From a virus (lineage: Duplodnaviria > Caudoviricetes): a DNA stretch of 57,246 nucleotides. Location: IMG/VR virus record IMGVR_UViG_3300025600_000330, positions 1-57,246 of that record; one strand, given 5' to 3'. Position numbers and translations under genes: made by a program. Positions 9,425-17,629 of this stretch are shown in pieces. The number at the start of each line of letters is the position of its first letter. Position 1 is the stretch's first letter. The notes below the pieces were generated by a model, which saw only the letters and a list, made by a program, of their open reading frames with translations, was not told where the DNA came from and ran no database searches.

Positions 9425-10410
9425 AATGGTTTAAGCATATGACCGCATCTGGCCGGGACGAGAAGCTTTCTGCACTGCGTGAGGCAATGGGCAACGAGGG
9501 GATCGGTTTGTACTGGACCCTCCTTGAGATCGTGGCAGAGCAGATGGATGAATCCGACAAATGTTCGTCCGCATATTCACTGCAGCAGTGGTCCTCAATG
9601 CTTGGTAGCCACCACCACAAGGTAACGTCCTTCTTCAAAGCGGTCCACAATCTGGACCTTGCAGTGATATTACATGACGGTTACTTCGGAGTTACTTCGG
9701 CGTTACCTCTGGGTTACTTCACAGTTACCACCCCCAGTAAGCCCGAAGTAACCTACGCCTTACCTGTGAGTTACTTCGCAGTTACTACCCCCAGTAACTA
9801 TCAAGTAATAATCCCTAACCTGCTGAAATATAGGGATTCTTACTCCAAAAACTTGCAAGCGAAAGGCAAAGGTAAGTTGCAAGTAAAGTCTGCCCCAACT
9901 TACAAGCAAGAAGTAGAAGTAGAAGTAGAAGTAGAAGTAGAAGAACTTAAAACCCTTTCTTCATCTGCCGATGAAGTCGTCAAGAAGGTCGAGGTTGAAG
10001 GGGTTGATTTCATCTTCACCAGCAAGAACAAAAAACTGAAGGACAAACGTCTCGCAACCTTTCTGGAATTCTGGGATGCCTTCGGATACAAGTCGGGCAA
10101 GGCACAGGCAGCGGAATCGTGGATCAACATTCCCTCCATGACCGACTCCCTCGTCGGACAGATCATTCTGGCGGCGAAGGGCGAGGCAGAGCGCAGGCCG
10201 GGACTCAAGGCGAGCGGGGGATCTCCGAAAATGGCGCAGGGCTGGTTGACTGCTAAACGATGGAACGACGAGGAGGGGGTAAGCAATGGATCAGGTACTC
10301 AGGGAAGCGCAGCAGCGACTGGAAGAGCGAAGGGTGGAGCAGGCGGTACACTCGCCTCGATCACCAGTTCTAGCAACACAGGTTTTGGAGACCATTCAGA
10401 TAAGTGGTAG
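9421..10410 (+). CDS. phage replication initiator
   Basis: N-terminal MKWFKH...GIGLYWTLLE domain, EVEVEVE linker, C-terminal FLEFWDAF...WLTAKRWNDE; upstream of DnaC-like gene. Confidence 0.8.
   Translation: MKWFKHMTASGRDEKLSALREAMGNEGIGLYWTLLEIVAEQMDESDKCSSAYSLQQWSSMLGSHHHKVTSFFKAVHNLDLAVILHDGYFGVTSALPLGYFTVTTPSKPEVTYALPVSYFAVTTPSNYQVIIPNLLKYRDSYSKNLQAKGKGKLQVKSAPTYKQEVEVEVEVEVEELKTLSSSADEVVKKVEVEGVDFIFTSKNKKLKDKRLATFLEFWDAFGYKSGKAQAAESWINIPSMTDSLVGQIILAAKGEAERRPGLKASGGSPKMAQGWLTAKRWNDEEGVSNGSGTQGSAAATGRAKGGAGGTLASITSSSNTGFGDHSDKW
9680..9940. repeat. iteron-like repeats, probable replication origin inside the initiator gene
   Basis: Multiple GTTAC(TTC) direct and inverted copies; duplicated AGTTACyACCCCCAGTAA 57 bp apart; GAAGTA x5. 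Confidence 0.6.
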
Positions 10411-11119
10411 GGAACTCTACGGCGACCATGAAGGGGTCGTAAGCGGGGCGGAGGTATGCCCCCTACATCCTCGTATGGAACTGCCCTGCGAAGAGTGCCA
10501 GCGGCAGGATTTGGAGCGCAGGACTAGGCAGGCGTATCGGGTCGCGGCAGTTCTTCAGGGTGTGAACATTGGATCGAGGTATCACGGCATGACATTCTCC
10601 GACTACCACCCGACCACGGAATCGGCAGCACAGGTTCTCAGCCGCTGCGCCAAGTACGCCGCGACCTTTGAAGCACGCCGCAAGGCTGGGGACAGCTTGC
10701 TCATGTCTGGCAACGCTGGGACCGGCAAGAACATGCTGGCGGCGATCATCTGTCAGGTCGCTGCGGCACAGGGCTTCTCGGTCCTTCATACGACTGCCGC
10801 GAAGATGGTCCGCAGGATCAAGGAAAGCTGGGGCAAGGGATCCGGGGTCACGGAGCAGCAGGCGATTGATCGGTTCGTCCTCCCCGACCTCCTTGTCGTT
10901 GACGAGATCGGGATGCAGTTCGGATCCGAGACGGAGCGTCTGCTCCAGTTCGAAGTGTTCAACGGCAGGTATGAAGAGAGCAAGCCGACCATCGCCATCT
11001 CCAACCTTGATGAGGTCGGGATCGGACAGTATCTGGGCGACAGGGTCATCGACAGGTTCCGCGATGGCAACGGGGCGATCCTGACCTTCGATTGGGACAG
11101 CTACAGGGGGCCGAAATGA
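10286..11119 (+). CDS. DnaC/IstB-like AAA+ helicase loader
   Basis: Walker A GNAGTGKN, Walker B LLVVDEIG, TIAISNL, DRVIDR. Confidence 0.9.
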   Translation: MDQVLREAQQRLEERRVEQAVHSPRSPVLATQVLETIQISGRELYGDHEGVVSGAEVCPLHPRMELPCEECQRQDLERRTRQAYRVAAVLQGVNIGSRYHGMTFSDYHPTTESAAQVLSRCAKYAATFEARRKAGDSLLMSGNAGTGKNMLAAIICQVAAAQGFSVLHTTAAKMVRRIKESWGKGSGVTEQQAIDRFVLPDLLVVDEIGMQFGSETERLLQFEVFNGRYEESKPTIAISNLDEVGIGQYLGDRVIDRFRDGNGAILTFDWDSYRGPK

Positions 11120-11388
11120 CGAAGGCAGACAAGAGGGTCGAGGTGGAGGACGGGTTCATCGTCACCGTGGACGGCAAAATCTACGGACCCTTCCTCAAGA
11201 AGGACATGGGGCAGTGGGAGGGCATGACCCACAAGGCGGGGGTCACCATCACCCCGGTCAGGCGCAGAGGTGGCTGGGTGGTGGCACCTCCCCCGGCAAA
11301 GCGCACGCCGAAGGACACGTCTCTTCCCCTGCTTGAGGGGATCGGGTTCACGCCGAGAGATCGGTCGCATCAGCGGGGTGGTCGGTAA
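11116..11388 (+). CDS. hypothetical protein
   Basis: ATGA overlap. Confidence 0.55.
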   Translation: MTKADKRVEVEDGFIVTVDGKIYGPFLKKDMGQWEGMTHKAGVTITPVRRRGGWVVAPPPAKRTPKDTSLPLLEGIGFTPRDRSHQRGGR

Positions 11389-11672
11389 TGGGAGACCGGA
11401 GGGATTACAATATGGACCGGAAAGGGATCGATAAGCTGGCAGATTTCATCCGGTCTAAGGGCGAACTCGCGGAGACCCCGGCGCTGCATCTGCTGGACAT
11501 GATCGTTGGGCTGCAGGAGCGGATCGCGGTCATGGAGAAGCGGACGGAGGAGGCGCAGGAGGTGCTGCGCCAGATCGGGGATTACGCTCATGGCAGGTCT
11601 ACGGGGCCTACCGTTCCGGATGCTCTCTGGGAGGTCAGAGAGATGGCGTACAGGGGGTTCTGTGGATTCTAA
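11388..11672 (+). CDS. hypothetical protein
   Basis: TAATG overlap. Confidence 0.55.
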   Translation: MGDRRDYNMDRKGIDKLADFIRSKGELAETPALHLLDMIVGLQERIAVMEKRTEEAQEVLRQIGDYAHGRSTGPTVPDALWEVREMAYRGFCGF

Positions 11673-11859
11673 ACTGGAGGAGATGCGGAAGTATTACACG
11701 ACTCACGGGAAGCTGGTCAGTATGGACATCGCGTGGCTGATAGGCGAACACGTCAAGATGGAGGCCGCGCTGGAGGACATCGCCGGGGATGCTGAAGGCA
11801 GGAGGATCTCAGCGGTTAGTCCCCGGATGGTGGCGTCGAGGGCGCTCGGTCGCTACTAA
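11662..11859 (+). CDS. hypothetical protein
   Basis: Last gene before the terminator. Confidence 0.5.
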   Translation: MDSKLEEMRKYYTTHGKLVSMDIAWLIGEHVKMEAALEDIAGDAEGRRISAVSPRMVASRALGRY

Positions 11860-11861
11860 CA

Positions 11862-11897
11862 GAAAAGCCCCAGACTCGTTGAGTTTTGGGGCTTTTC
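11862..11897. terminator. bidirectional terminator
   Basis: GAAAAGCCCCA...TGGGGCTTTTC hairpin between convergent operons. Confidence 0.85.
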
Positions 11898-11960
11898 ATC
11901 TTGCAAAACTGTCCAGCAGATTGTCTCTCACGTCGAGGACAACCTGCTGGATCTCCAGTT

Positions 11961-12200
11961 TTAGATCTCTCCACCAGCGGGAGACGGCTCCTCCACCTTC
12001 TTCCTCGCAGCAGCACCAAGTTTCCCAGCTTCCCGCGCCTGCTCTTTCGCCGCTTCTCCTCTGATACGGGGGCGGGATGCCATGAGTTGACCGGGGGTGC
12101 CGACCTTCCCGCAGCAGGTGCATTTTACGGTTTCGTGAGTGCATTCCTTCTCCTTCTTCGCCTGTTTCTCCTGCTTGGTTGCCTTCTTGTCGATGTTCAT
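11961..12200 (-). CDS. basic small protein with CxxC and AREAGKLG motif (candidate island regulator)
   Basis: AAGGGGA RBS; terminal gene of the leftward island. Confidence 0.6.
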   Translation of the reverse strand: MNIDKKATKQEKQAKKEKECTHETVKCTCCGKVGTPGQLMASRPRIRGEAAKEQAREAGKLGAAARKKVEEPSPAGGEI

Positions 12201-12210
12201 GTGATCCCCT

Positions 12211-12363
12211 TTAACAGCATTTGCCTTTGGTGTTGTGGACGTGGCACTTGGCGCACGCATGGTCATAGTACTTTTCTGCGGCAGCGTCAAGCACCGGATC
12301 ACTCACGGACTTGTACTCGCACCCGCAGGAGTAGATCAGCTTCGTGACTGCTTTGGTTGCCAT
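12211..12363 (-). CDS. small Cys-rich (Zn-finger-like) protein, 50 aa
   Basis: AAGGAG RBS; MATKAV...SCGC...CAKCH. Confidence 0.6.
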   Translation of the reverse strand: MATKAVTKLIYSCGCEYKSVSDPVLDAAAEKYYDHACAKCHVHNTKGKCC

Positions 12364-12375
12364 GGCGACTACTCC

Positions 12376-12681
12376 TTAGAGGTGGGTATCAAGTCCAGTG
12401 ATGTCGGTGAACACGGTCTGCATCTGGTCACAGTAGACACCCGTGGAGGTGATGAGTTCCTTGTAGGTGTGCTTGACGATCTTGCCGAATTCCATGATGT
12501 AGGTGTCAGACGGGTTCAGGGTAATCTTGACATAGTTGATGCCGTCCTTGGCGAACCGGGAGGGAAGCTTGAAGCTCAGTGCGTTGGCGTGACCCGTCAG
12601 GTTCTTCGCGCCGGTCATCAGGGTGAACTTCCTGCCGCCGAGTTGCTGGAGGATCGTATCTGCGATTGTTGCCATGGTCAT
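12376..12681 (-). CDS. conserved phage/plasmid hypothetical protein
   Basis: TILQQLGGRKFTLMTGAKN motif; GGGAGAA RBS; own promoter. Confidence 0.75.
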   Translation of the reverse strand: MTMATIADTILQQLGGRKFTLMTGAKNLTGHANALSFKLPSRFAKDGINYVKITLNPSDTYIMEFGKIVKHTYKELITSTGVYCDQMQTVFTDITGLDTHL

Positions 12682-12723
12682 TCTCCCTGTCTGCCTGCGC
12701 CTGCCATCGCTACCGGCAAGGGC

Positions 12724-12753
12724 AATCTATCACCGTAGCGTTACAGGTGTCAA
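12724..12753 (-). promoter_or_regulatory. sigma70 promoter with operator in spacer
   Basis: TTGACA-18-TAGATT; CCGTAGCGTTACAG at 12733. Confidence 0.75.
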
Positions 12754-12768
12754 CACTTTTGCTTACGA

Positions 12769-12927
12769 TTAATTCATGCCTGCGATCAGGTTCGCCTTCG
12801 TTGTGCAGATGAGGTACTTGAAGCAGAACGCCTTGAACCCGAACTCGTTCGTGCGCCATGCCTTGCTGAAGCGGAACCCGGACACCTTCAGCACTGGGGC
12901 TGCGATCACTGCGGTCAGGTCTCTCAT
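12769..12927 (-). CDS. small hypothetical protein
   Basis: GGGAGAA RBS, own promoter. Confidence 0.55.
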   Translation of the reverse strand: MRDLTAVIAAPVLKVSGFRFSKAWRTNEFGFKAFCFKYLICTTKANLIAGMN

Positions 12928-12978
12928 GTCATCTTCTCCCTTATTGTTCGACCCTTGCCATTCCCTACCGGCAGAGAC

Positions 12979-13007
12979 AATATGGACCGTAGCGTTACGG
13001 ATGTCAA
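12979..13007 (-). promoter_or_regulatory. sigma70 promoter with operator in spacer
   Basis: TTGACA-17-CATATT; CCGTAGCGTTACGG at 12987-13000. Confidence 0.75.
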
Positions 13008-13024
13008 CATAATAATTCACGCAT

Positions 13025-13047
13025 AAAAAAAGCCCCTCGGAGGGGGC
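13025..13047 (-). terminator. intrinsic terminator
   Basis: GCCCCCTCCGAGGGGC followed by T7 on the minus strand. Confidence 0.8.
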
Positions 13048-13053
13048 GTGTGG

Positions 13054-13236
13054 TCAGCGGAACAGCAGGTACTTGGTGCCGGGGAGGGCAGGCTTTCGCA
13101 CCCAGTTGGAGAACTTCCAGTCAGGAGGATCGCCCTCGCACTTCGCTGTACAGCCAAGGCAGGGGTCTACGTTGCCGGGAGCGTCACCATGAAGGCAAGA
13201 GTCGCACCCTTGCATTCCTGTCGCGTCAGAGGGCAT
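13054..13236 (-). CDS. small Cys-rich protein
   Basis: GGAGG RBS; CDSCLH...PCLGC. Confidence 0.55.
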   Translation of the reverse strand: MPSDATGMQGCDSCLHGDAPGNVDPCLGCTAKCEGDPPDWKFSNWVRKPALPGTKYLLFR

Positions 13237-13414
13237 TCTGGACCTCCTCGCACCGCCTGCAGCGGGTCGTCTTGCCAATGTTCGGCTTGCGTCCAGCGAA
13301 CCAGACATCGTGTCCGCACTCAAGGAATGCGGTGTGAACGGTTGACCAGCGCCCAGTGTCACCGGCTACCTGCGCGTGACTGCTCTTGACTATCTTTCGC
13401 ATGACCTTGGACAT
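13226..13414 (-). CDS. small Zn-finger-like protein
   Basis: LECGH...RCRRC; GGGGAGG RBS. Confidence 0.6.
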   Translation of the reverse strand: MSKVMRKIVKSSHAQVAGDTGRWSTVHTAFLECGHDVWFAGRKPNIGKTTRCRRCEEVQNAL

Positions 13415-13415
13415 C

Positions 13416-13664
13416 TCAGACCTCCCCTTCAGTAAAGATCCCGTTGACGCCGGGGTGCTTCAGGTCATCCAGTAGGAGCGACTGCCCGTCAGAACTGTCG
13501 AGGTAGACCTTCCCGGTCTCGGCGTTCTCCACATGGAACACGTCGAGGACCAGACCGTTGGTCTCCAACAGGGTTGCGAGGCGCTTCTTGCCGATACCGT
13601 TCTCGGTCTTGATCGACTCTCTGCCCCTGCGGTCGTATTTGAAGTAACTGGCGTCGAACTTCAT
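13416..13664 (-). CDS. hypothetical protein
   Basis: GGGGAGG RBS. Confidence 0.6.
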   Translation of the reverse strand: MKFDASYFKYDRRGRESIKTENGIGKKRLATLLETNGLVLDVFHVENAETGKVYLDSSDGQSLLLDDLKHPGVNGIFTEGEV

Positions 13665-13678
13665 GTTAGACCTCCCCT

Positions 13679-13867
13679 TTAAACAGGCAATTTCCCATCA
13701 CTAGTGAGCGTTGCGGCGAACGCTTCGGCCTCGGCAGCAGTTGCGAACGTGCGGCAGCAGAGCATCCCAAAGCTCTCATTAGGGTTGTACCGGACCAAGC
13801 TCCCGGTGGCGTGCTTCATTCCGGGGCGGTGATTGCCAGCGGTGATTGGTTCGATGTGGTAGTTCAT
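13679..13867 (-). CDS. hypothetical protein
   Basis: Preceded by a conserved hairpin plus RBS; TFATAAEAEAFA. Confidence 0.6.
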   Translation of the reverse strand: MNYHIEPITAGNHRPGMKHATGSLVRYNPNESFGMLCCRTFATAAEAEAFAATLTSDGKLPV

Positions 13868-13915
13868 GGTGTCCATCCTTTCCCCAGATCGGGCGCTGGG
13901 GTCGCCAAGGTTAGG

Positions 13916-14554
13916 TTAATGCTCTAACTTCCAATCAATGGATACGTCACCGTAGTAATTCACGCTGAAGTAATCGCTCATGCTATCGGAGTTGTCCCGG
14001 TTGTAAGAGCTGTGGATTTCTTTCAATAGGTCTATCCACCTCTGTACAGGGGGCGTGTAACGCGGGACACCGTGATAATTCCCATTCTTGCCGTTGTCTG
14101 TGGCAACAATCCATTCGGGGCTAATAAGCGTCTGCCCATCAGGGAGAGCTGTAATCTTGAGGTCGATGCTAGACCCACCAGCGAAGTAGTCAGTTTTTAC
14201 GGAGACCTTCAGTGTGCCGGGAAGTTGTCCGCGCTTCTTGGCTGACTTGATGTCTTCACGGATCAGCTTTGAAATCTCGGTACTGCTCATGCTCTTGGTT
14301 GCCTCATACTTGCTGCCCTTGAACTCGTTGGAGGGGTCACAGTAGGCGGGTGTGGACACATTGATGCTCTCCTGAATCTGGACGGTGGCTATTGCGTGAC
14401 CGACTGCCGTCTTGATGTCGCCGGTTGCCATTGCGGACCTTATCGCCTCGGCGTGGTTATCGATGACGGTCTGTCGGCTCTGGTCAATCTCGGCCTGTTT
14501 AATGGACGCTCTGCGCTCATTCAGTTTTGCTGTAAAGTCGATCACTGTAGCCAT
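13916..14554 (-). CDS. LPD29-like (large polyvalent protein-associated domain) protein
   Basis: ISKLIREDIK...KVSVKTDYFAGGSSID...YNRDNSDSMSDYFSVNYY matches my recollection of LPD29. Confidence 0.7.
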   Translation of the reverse strand: MATVIDFTAKLNERRASIKQAEIDQSRQTVIDNHAEAIRSAMATGDIKTAVGHAIATVQIQESINVSTPAYCDPSNEFKGSKYEATKSMSSTEISKLIREDIKSAKKRGQLPGTLKVSVKTDYFAGGSSIDLKITALPDGQTLISPEWIVATDNGKNGNYHGVPRYTPPVQRWIDLLKEIHSSYNRDNSDSMSDYFSVNYYGDVSIDWKLEH

Positions 14555-14596
14555 GATACCCTCCGTTTTGTTTGCTCCTGCGCTGATGGAGATTGA

Positions 14597-14625
14597 AATT
14601 TACACCCGTAGCGTTACGGTGTCAA
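14597..14625 (-). promoter_or_regulatory. sigma70 promoter with operator in spacer
   Basis: TTGACA-17-TAAATT; CCGTAGCGTTACGG at 14606-14619. Confidence 0.8.
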
Positions 14626-14674
14626 TCTATTTGTTTGAAAAAGTTTCAAGCGGATTGATTATTTTGTGCAGGTA

Positions 14675-14698
14675 TAAAAAACCCCTCGGAGGAGGGGC
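14675..14698 (-). terminator. intrinsic terminator
   Basis: CCCCTCCTCCGAGGGG plus T6 on the minus strand; similar to the 13025 terminator. Confidence 0.65.
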
Positions 14699-14775
14699 GG
14701 GGGGATTAACTTTAGTTTTTGCGTCCTACGTGATACTTTGCCTTGCTGTAAACAACCCAAAAGGAGACATCACCC

Positions 14776-15084
14776 ATGGCCCTCATTACCTGCACAGAGT
14801 GCGGCAATCAAATTTCCGACCGAGCGACAGCGTGTCCCAAGTGCGGTGCGCCTGCGGAGGCTGCAAGTCAGCCGACCAAGGTGGCACCTGCCAAGAAGTT
14901 TCAGATGCCAGTTCGGAATGCTACCGTATATGACATCCTGCTTTCTGTCCTTATGCCGTTCTGGGGCATTATCGTCGGCATGATCGCCATATGCAAAGGT
15001 GAGACGAGGAGAGGTCTCACCATGTTTGCGGCTACTGGCTCGGCCATGGTCGTGATGGCTGGAGTTTGCAGCTACGTCAAATGA
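14776..15084 (+). CDS. zinc-ribbon membrane protein
   Basis: MALITCTECGNQISDRATACPKCG plus two TM helices; AAGGAG RBS. Confidence 0.8.
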   Translation: MALITCTECGNQISDRATACPKCGAPAEAASQPTKVAPAKKFQMPVRNATVYDILLSVLMPFWGIIVGMIAICKGETRRGLTMFAATGSAMVVMAGVCSYVK

Positions 15085-15347
15085 TTTGTGGACTGGGGCA
15101 GGGGGACCAGTTCGTAGCTGTTAACTTCATGATCGGTCAGGGCAAAGGGGTACTCGATGGTGCCGTGCCTGACACCCTTCTCGGGGATGCGAACCCCCTC
15201 ATCCAGCGTAAAGATGATGTACCCCTTGGGCTGGTGGCACATGCCGTGGGGGCGGTTCGTGTAGCCGTACTTGTGGCGCTCCCCGCCCCAATCCTCGGTG
15301 AAGATCGTCTTGGTGCCATGCTCCTCGACGTGCTGTTCTCTGGTCAT
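15072..15347 (-). CDS. stand-alone DarA C-terminal-like domain protein
   Basis: YGYTNRPHGMCHQPKG...HGTIEYPFALTDHEVNSYELVP resembles the DarA_C pattern. Confidence 0.65.
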   Translation of the reverse strand: MTREQHVEEHGTKTIFTEDWGGERHKYGYTNRPHGMCHQPKGYIIFTLDEGVRIPEKGVRHGTIEYPFALTDHEVNSYELVPLPQSTNHLT

Positions 15348-15520
15348 CAGTCGTTCTCCAGTTCTTTGTGCAGTACAATATAGCTGAGGTCGTCTTCCGT
15401 AGAGATGCTCTGGTGAGTCTCGGGTGCAGCCTGCCACCCTGCCAGCAGCAGACCAGCTAGCTCTGGAGCCGATGTGTCAGCGTAGTCAATAACCTTGTAG
15501 TCTGTACCCATCGCGCGCAT
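15347..15520 (-). CDS. small acidic protein
   Basis: AGGAGG RBS; TGATG overlap with the next gene. Confidence 0.5.
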   Translation of the reverse strand: MRAMGTDYKVIDYADTSAPELAGLLLAGWQAAPETHQSISTEDDLSYIVLHKELEND

Positions 15521-15611
15521 CAGTTCTCCTCCTTGGCGATCTTGTCGAGCAATTCCTGCTCCCACTCATCGACGGTCAGTTCGTTCAGGCGTAAATCCCC
15601 TTGCCTTCCTG

Positions 15612-15764
15612 TTAGCCTTCGATAACGTCCACGATGTCAGTTCCCATTGCCGTGATCCAGTCAACCAAGTCCGCACCGTTCACATCGTCACCGAAGTGGG
15701 CGCTCCGTGGGTCCAGACCGGGAAACTGCGCGTAAAGTCCTTCCAGTATCATTCTTGCATCCAT
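15612..15764 (-). CDS. small acidic protein (50 aa)
   Basis: MDARMILEGL...VNGADLVDW; preceded by the conserved hairpin and RBS. Confidence 0.55.
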   Translation of the reverse strand: MDARMILEGLYAQFPGLDPRSAHFGDDVNGADLVDWITAMGTDIVDVIEG

Positions 15765-15811
15765 GGTGATCCCCTTTCCCCGGATATCCCGCCGGGGTCG
15801 GCAGATGTCTG

Positions 15812-16630
15812 TTAGTTTCCGATCCGGTTGCCGCCTGCCGTCCTGTTGATCTTGGCTACCAAGTCGGGCCGCGTAAATTCGATGTGTAGATTATGATTTT
15901 TGCAGCATTTGAACTTGAAGTAATCCGTTTCCCCGGTTCCGTCTGGGCTTGCCTTGATTGTCTCGCACAGTGGCCCGTAGTAGCCCTTTAGCGTGCCTTT
16001 GCCGTCAAGCATGTGCATGACGTTGTCGAGTGCTATCAGGTTCTTTTCTCGGCTGTTGTTCGGTCTGTATGGTCCGCTGCCGTATCCCGCCTCGACTGCG
16101 TAGCCGATGATCACCTTCTTACCTATCCGCCATTTCTCGTTGGTCTTCAGTTCGGAGGTGTGACCGGCGCACGGTCTGAGCCAGTCAAAAACCTCGTATA
16201 CTGCCTCGTTAGCGTAGCCGGTTGCCTTCGCCATAGTGTCTTGAAACATGGCAAGTATGTTGGCCTCCGTGATTTCTGGTAATTCCGCTACGGGCTCATA
16301 GCTTCGGCTGTCACCGTTCAGCTGCTTGTCAAGCTCTTCCCGGCGCTTGATCGACATCAGCTTTTTAACCTCCATGCGCTCAACTATGGCGCACCAGACA
16401 CGGCGCTTGATTTCCTTGTTGATGGATTCAACCTCTTTCGGCTCCGTCTCGCCGTGGCTGTTCCGCGCTATCACGTCCATGTATTCCGTTTTGAAGACGG
16501 TGCGGAGGCTTTTCTTTGCAGCGTCAAGCATGGCGTAAGCGGTGGCTATGTCGGCGGTTGCCTGCTGATACGTGCCGACTAATACGGTTATTGTCTCGCG
16601 GTGGGCAAGTTCGCTGCTCATGGTTGTCAT
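15812..16630 (-). CDS. DUF4942-like protein
   Basis: C-terminal ETDYFKFKCCKNHNLHIEFTRPDLVAKINR. Confidence 0.7.
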   Translation of the reverse strand: MTTMSSELAHRETITVLVGTYQQATADIATAYAMLDAAKKSLRTVFKTEYMDVIARNSHGETEPKEVESINKEIKRRVWCAIVERMEVKKLMSIKRREELDKQLNGDSRSYEPVAELPEITEANILAMFQDTMAKATGYANEAVYEVFDWLRPCAGHTSELKTNEKWRIGKKVIIGYAVEAGYGSGPYRPNNSREKNLIALDNVMHMLDGKGTLKGYYGPLCETIKASPDGTGETDYFKFKCCKNHNLHIEFTRPDLVAKINRTAGGNRIGN

Positions 16631-16674
16631 GGTTGTTCCCCTTTGCGTGCTGTGTACGTTCAACCTGTAAACAA

Positions 16675-16702
16675 ATTATCATACCCGTACCGCTACAGTC
16701 AA
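16675..16702 (-). promoter_or_regulatory. sigma70 promoter with degenerate operator
   Basis: TTGACT-16-GATAAT; CCGTACCGCTACAG at 16685. Confidence 0.65.
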
Positions 16703-16870
16703 TCTAAATGTATACATATTCTTTCAAGTGGAGTGATTATTTTTCAGATGAGCTATGGGGGCGGGTTCACAGTCGTCAGGTCCGGCAAGATAACCGATAG
16801 TGTTGACTCATGGCACCATCTGAGTGTATATTCAATCCATTTGACTACGCACACCACAGGGAGAACGGAC

Positions 16871-17014
16871 ATGGAAAGAGACGAACTGGTGACGAACATC
16901 ATAATGACAGTGCAGGCGGTTGACTCAATGGGCAGCGTGCCAGACGCCGACCTCTTCAGGGCGCTCATCACGGGACTGATCGCCGTCTACGAGGAAGGTC
17001 TGGTGAAGGAGTGA
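16871..17014 (+). CDS. small hypothetical protein
   Basis: GGGAG RBS; TTGACT-18-TATATT promoter at 16803-16832. Confidence 0.5.
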   Translation: MERDELVTNIIMTVQAVDSMGSVPDADLFRALITGLIAVYEEGLVKE

Positions 17015-17526
17015 AGCGGGAGAAGAGACCCAGCAGGATGGCATGGTTCGCCATGGACGTGGACGCATTCCTTGAGGACGAACGGATGCAGACGCTCACC
17101 AACCGGGAGAAGGGCGCATGGTTGCTGATGCTGATCCGCTCCTTCCGCGCCAAGGGGTGCATGGTAGACGATCCAGCGATCTGGGCCGACCAGACAGGTC
17201 TGCCGCTCAAGGATGCGGTCGCACTCCTCGCCAAGCTGTTCATGACTCGCCTGCTGGTGCCTGCGCCGTCTGAGGAGCGCACCTACAATGGCATGTCGCC
17301 TCGGATGCGAGGGGAGTGGCAGATCACCGCCAACGCCTACCAGAAGCTCAGTAGCATGGGTGCAGCCAGCGCCATCAAGAGGGGCTGCAAGCTGCGTCTC
17401 GTCGCCTCCGAATCACCACCGCAGATTGAACTGCAGTTGCAACCTGTGTTCGAACAGATTGTAGATTGTAAGGAGGAAGGCGAACCCGCAGGCCCAGATC
17501 TCGGCATGCCCCATGTTCCGTACTGA
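17011..17526 (+). CDS. DUF1376/YdaU-like protein
   Basis: WFAMDVDAFLED...LTNREKGAWLLML. Confidence 0.7.
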   Translation: MKREKRPSRMAWFAMDVDAFLEDERMQTLTNREKGAWLLMLIRSFRAKGCMVDDPAIWADQTGLPLKDAVALLAKLFMTRLLVPAPSEERTYNGMSPRMRGEWQITANAYQKLSSMGAASAIKRGCKLRLVASESPPQIELQLQPVFEQIVDCKEEGEPAGPDLGMPHVPY

Positions 17527-17629
17527 CCGGCTTTTCTGTAGGTCGGCAGACCGGAAGGATCAATTCAACCCCTGCCAGTATCACCACCATCGTCACCTAT
17601 TCACCACTACCATCAGGAGGATCACCATC

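Noticed and set aside
12211-12363. CAKCH could be a c-type heme-binding motif (tempting in a Geobacter-like host); CHKCH in the HNH gene likewise
   Set aside because: No signal peptide, and pairing with upstream Cys motifs fits zinc fingers better
15520-15600. Acidic reading frame DLRLNELTVDEWEQELLDKIAKEEN with an RBS-like sequence
   Set aside because: No start codon in frame; possibly a decayed micro-gene but not supportable
12700-16745. Repeated motifs as a CRISPR array or integron attC sites
   Set aside because: Spacing is irregular and gene-sized, the repeats coincide with promoters, and there are no cas genes or attC R-box structure
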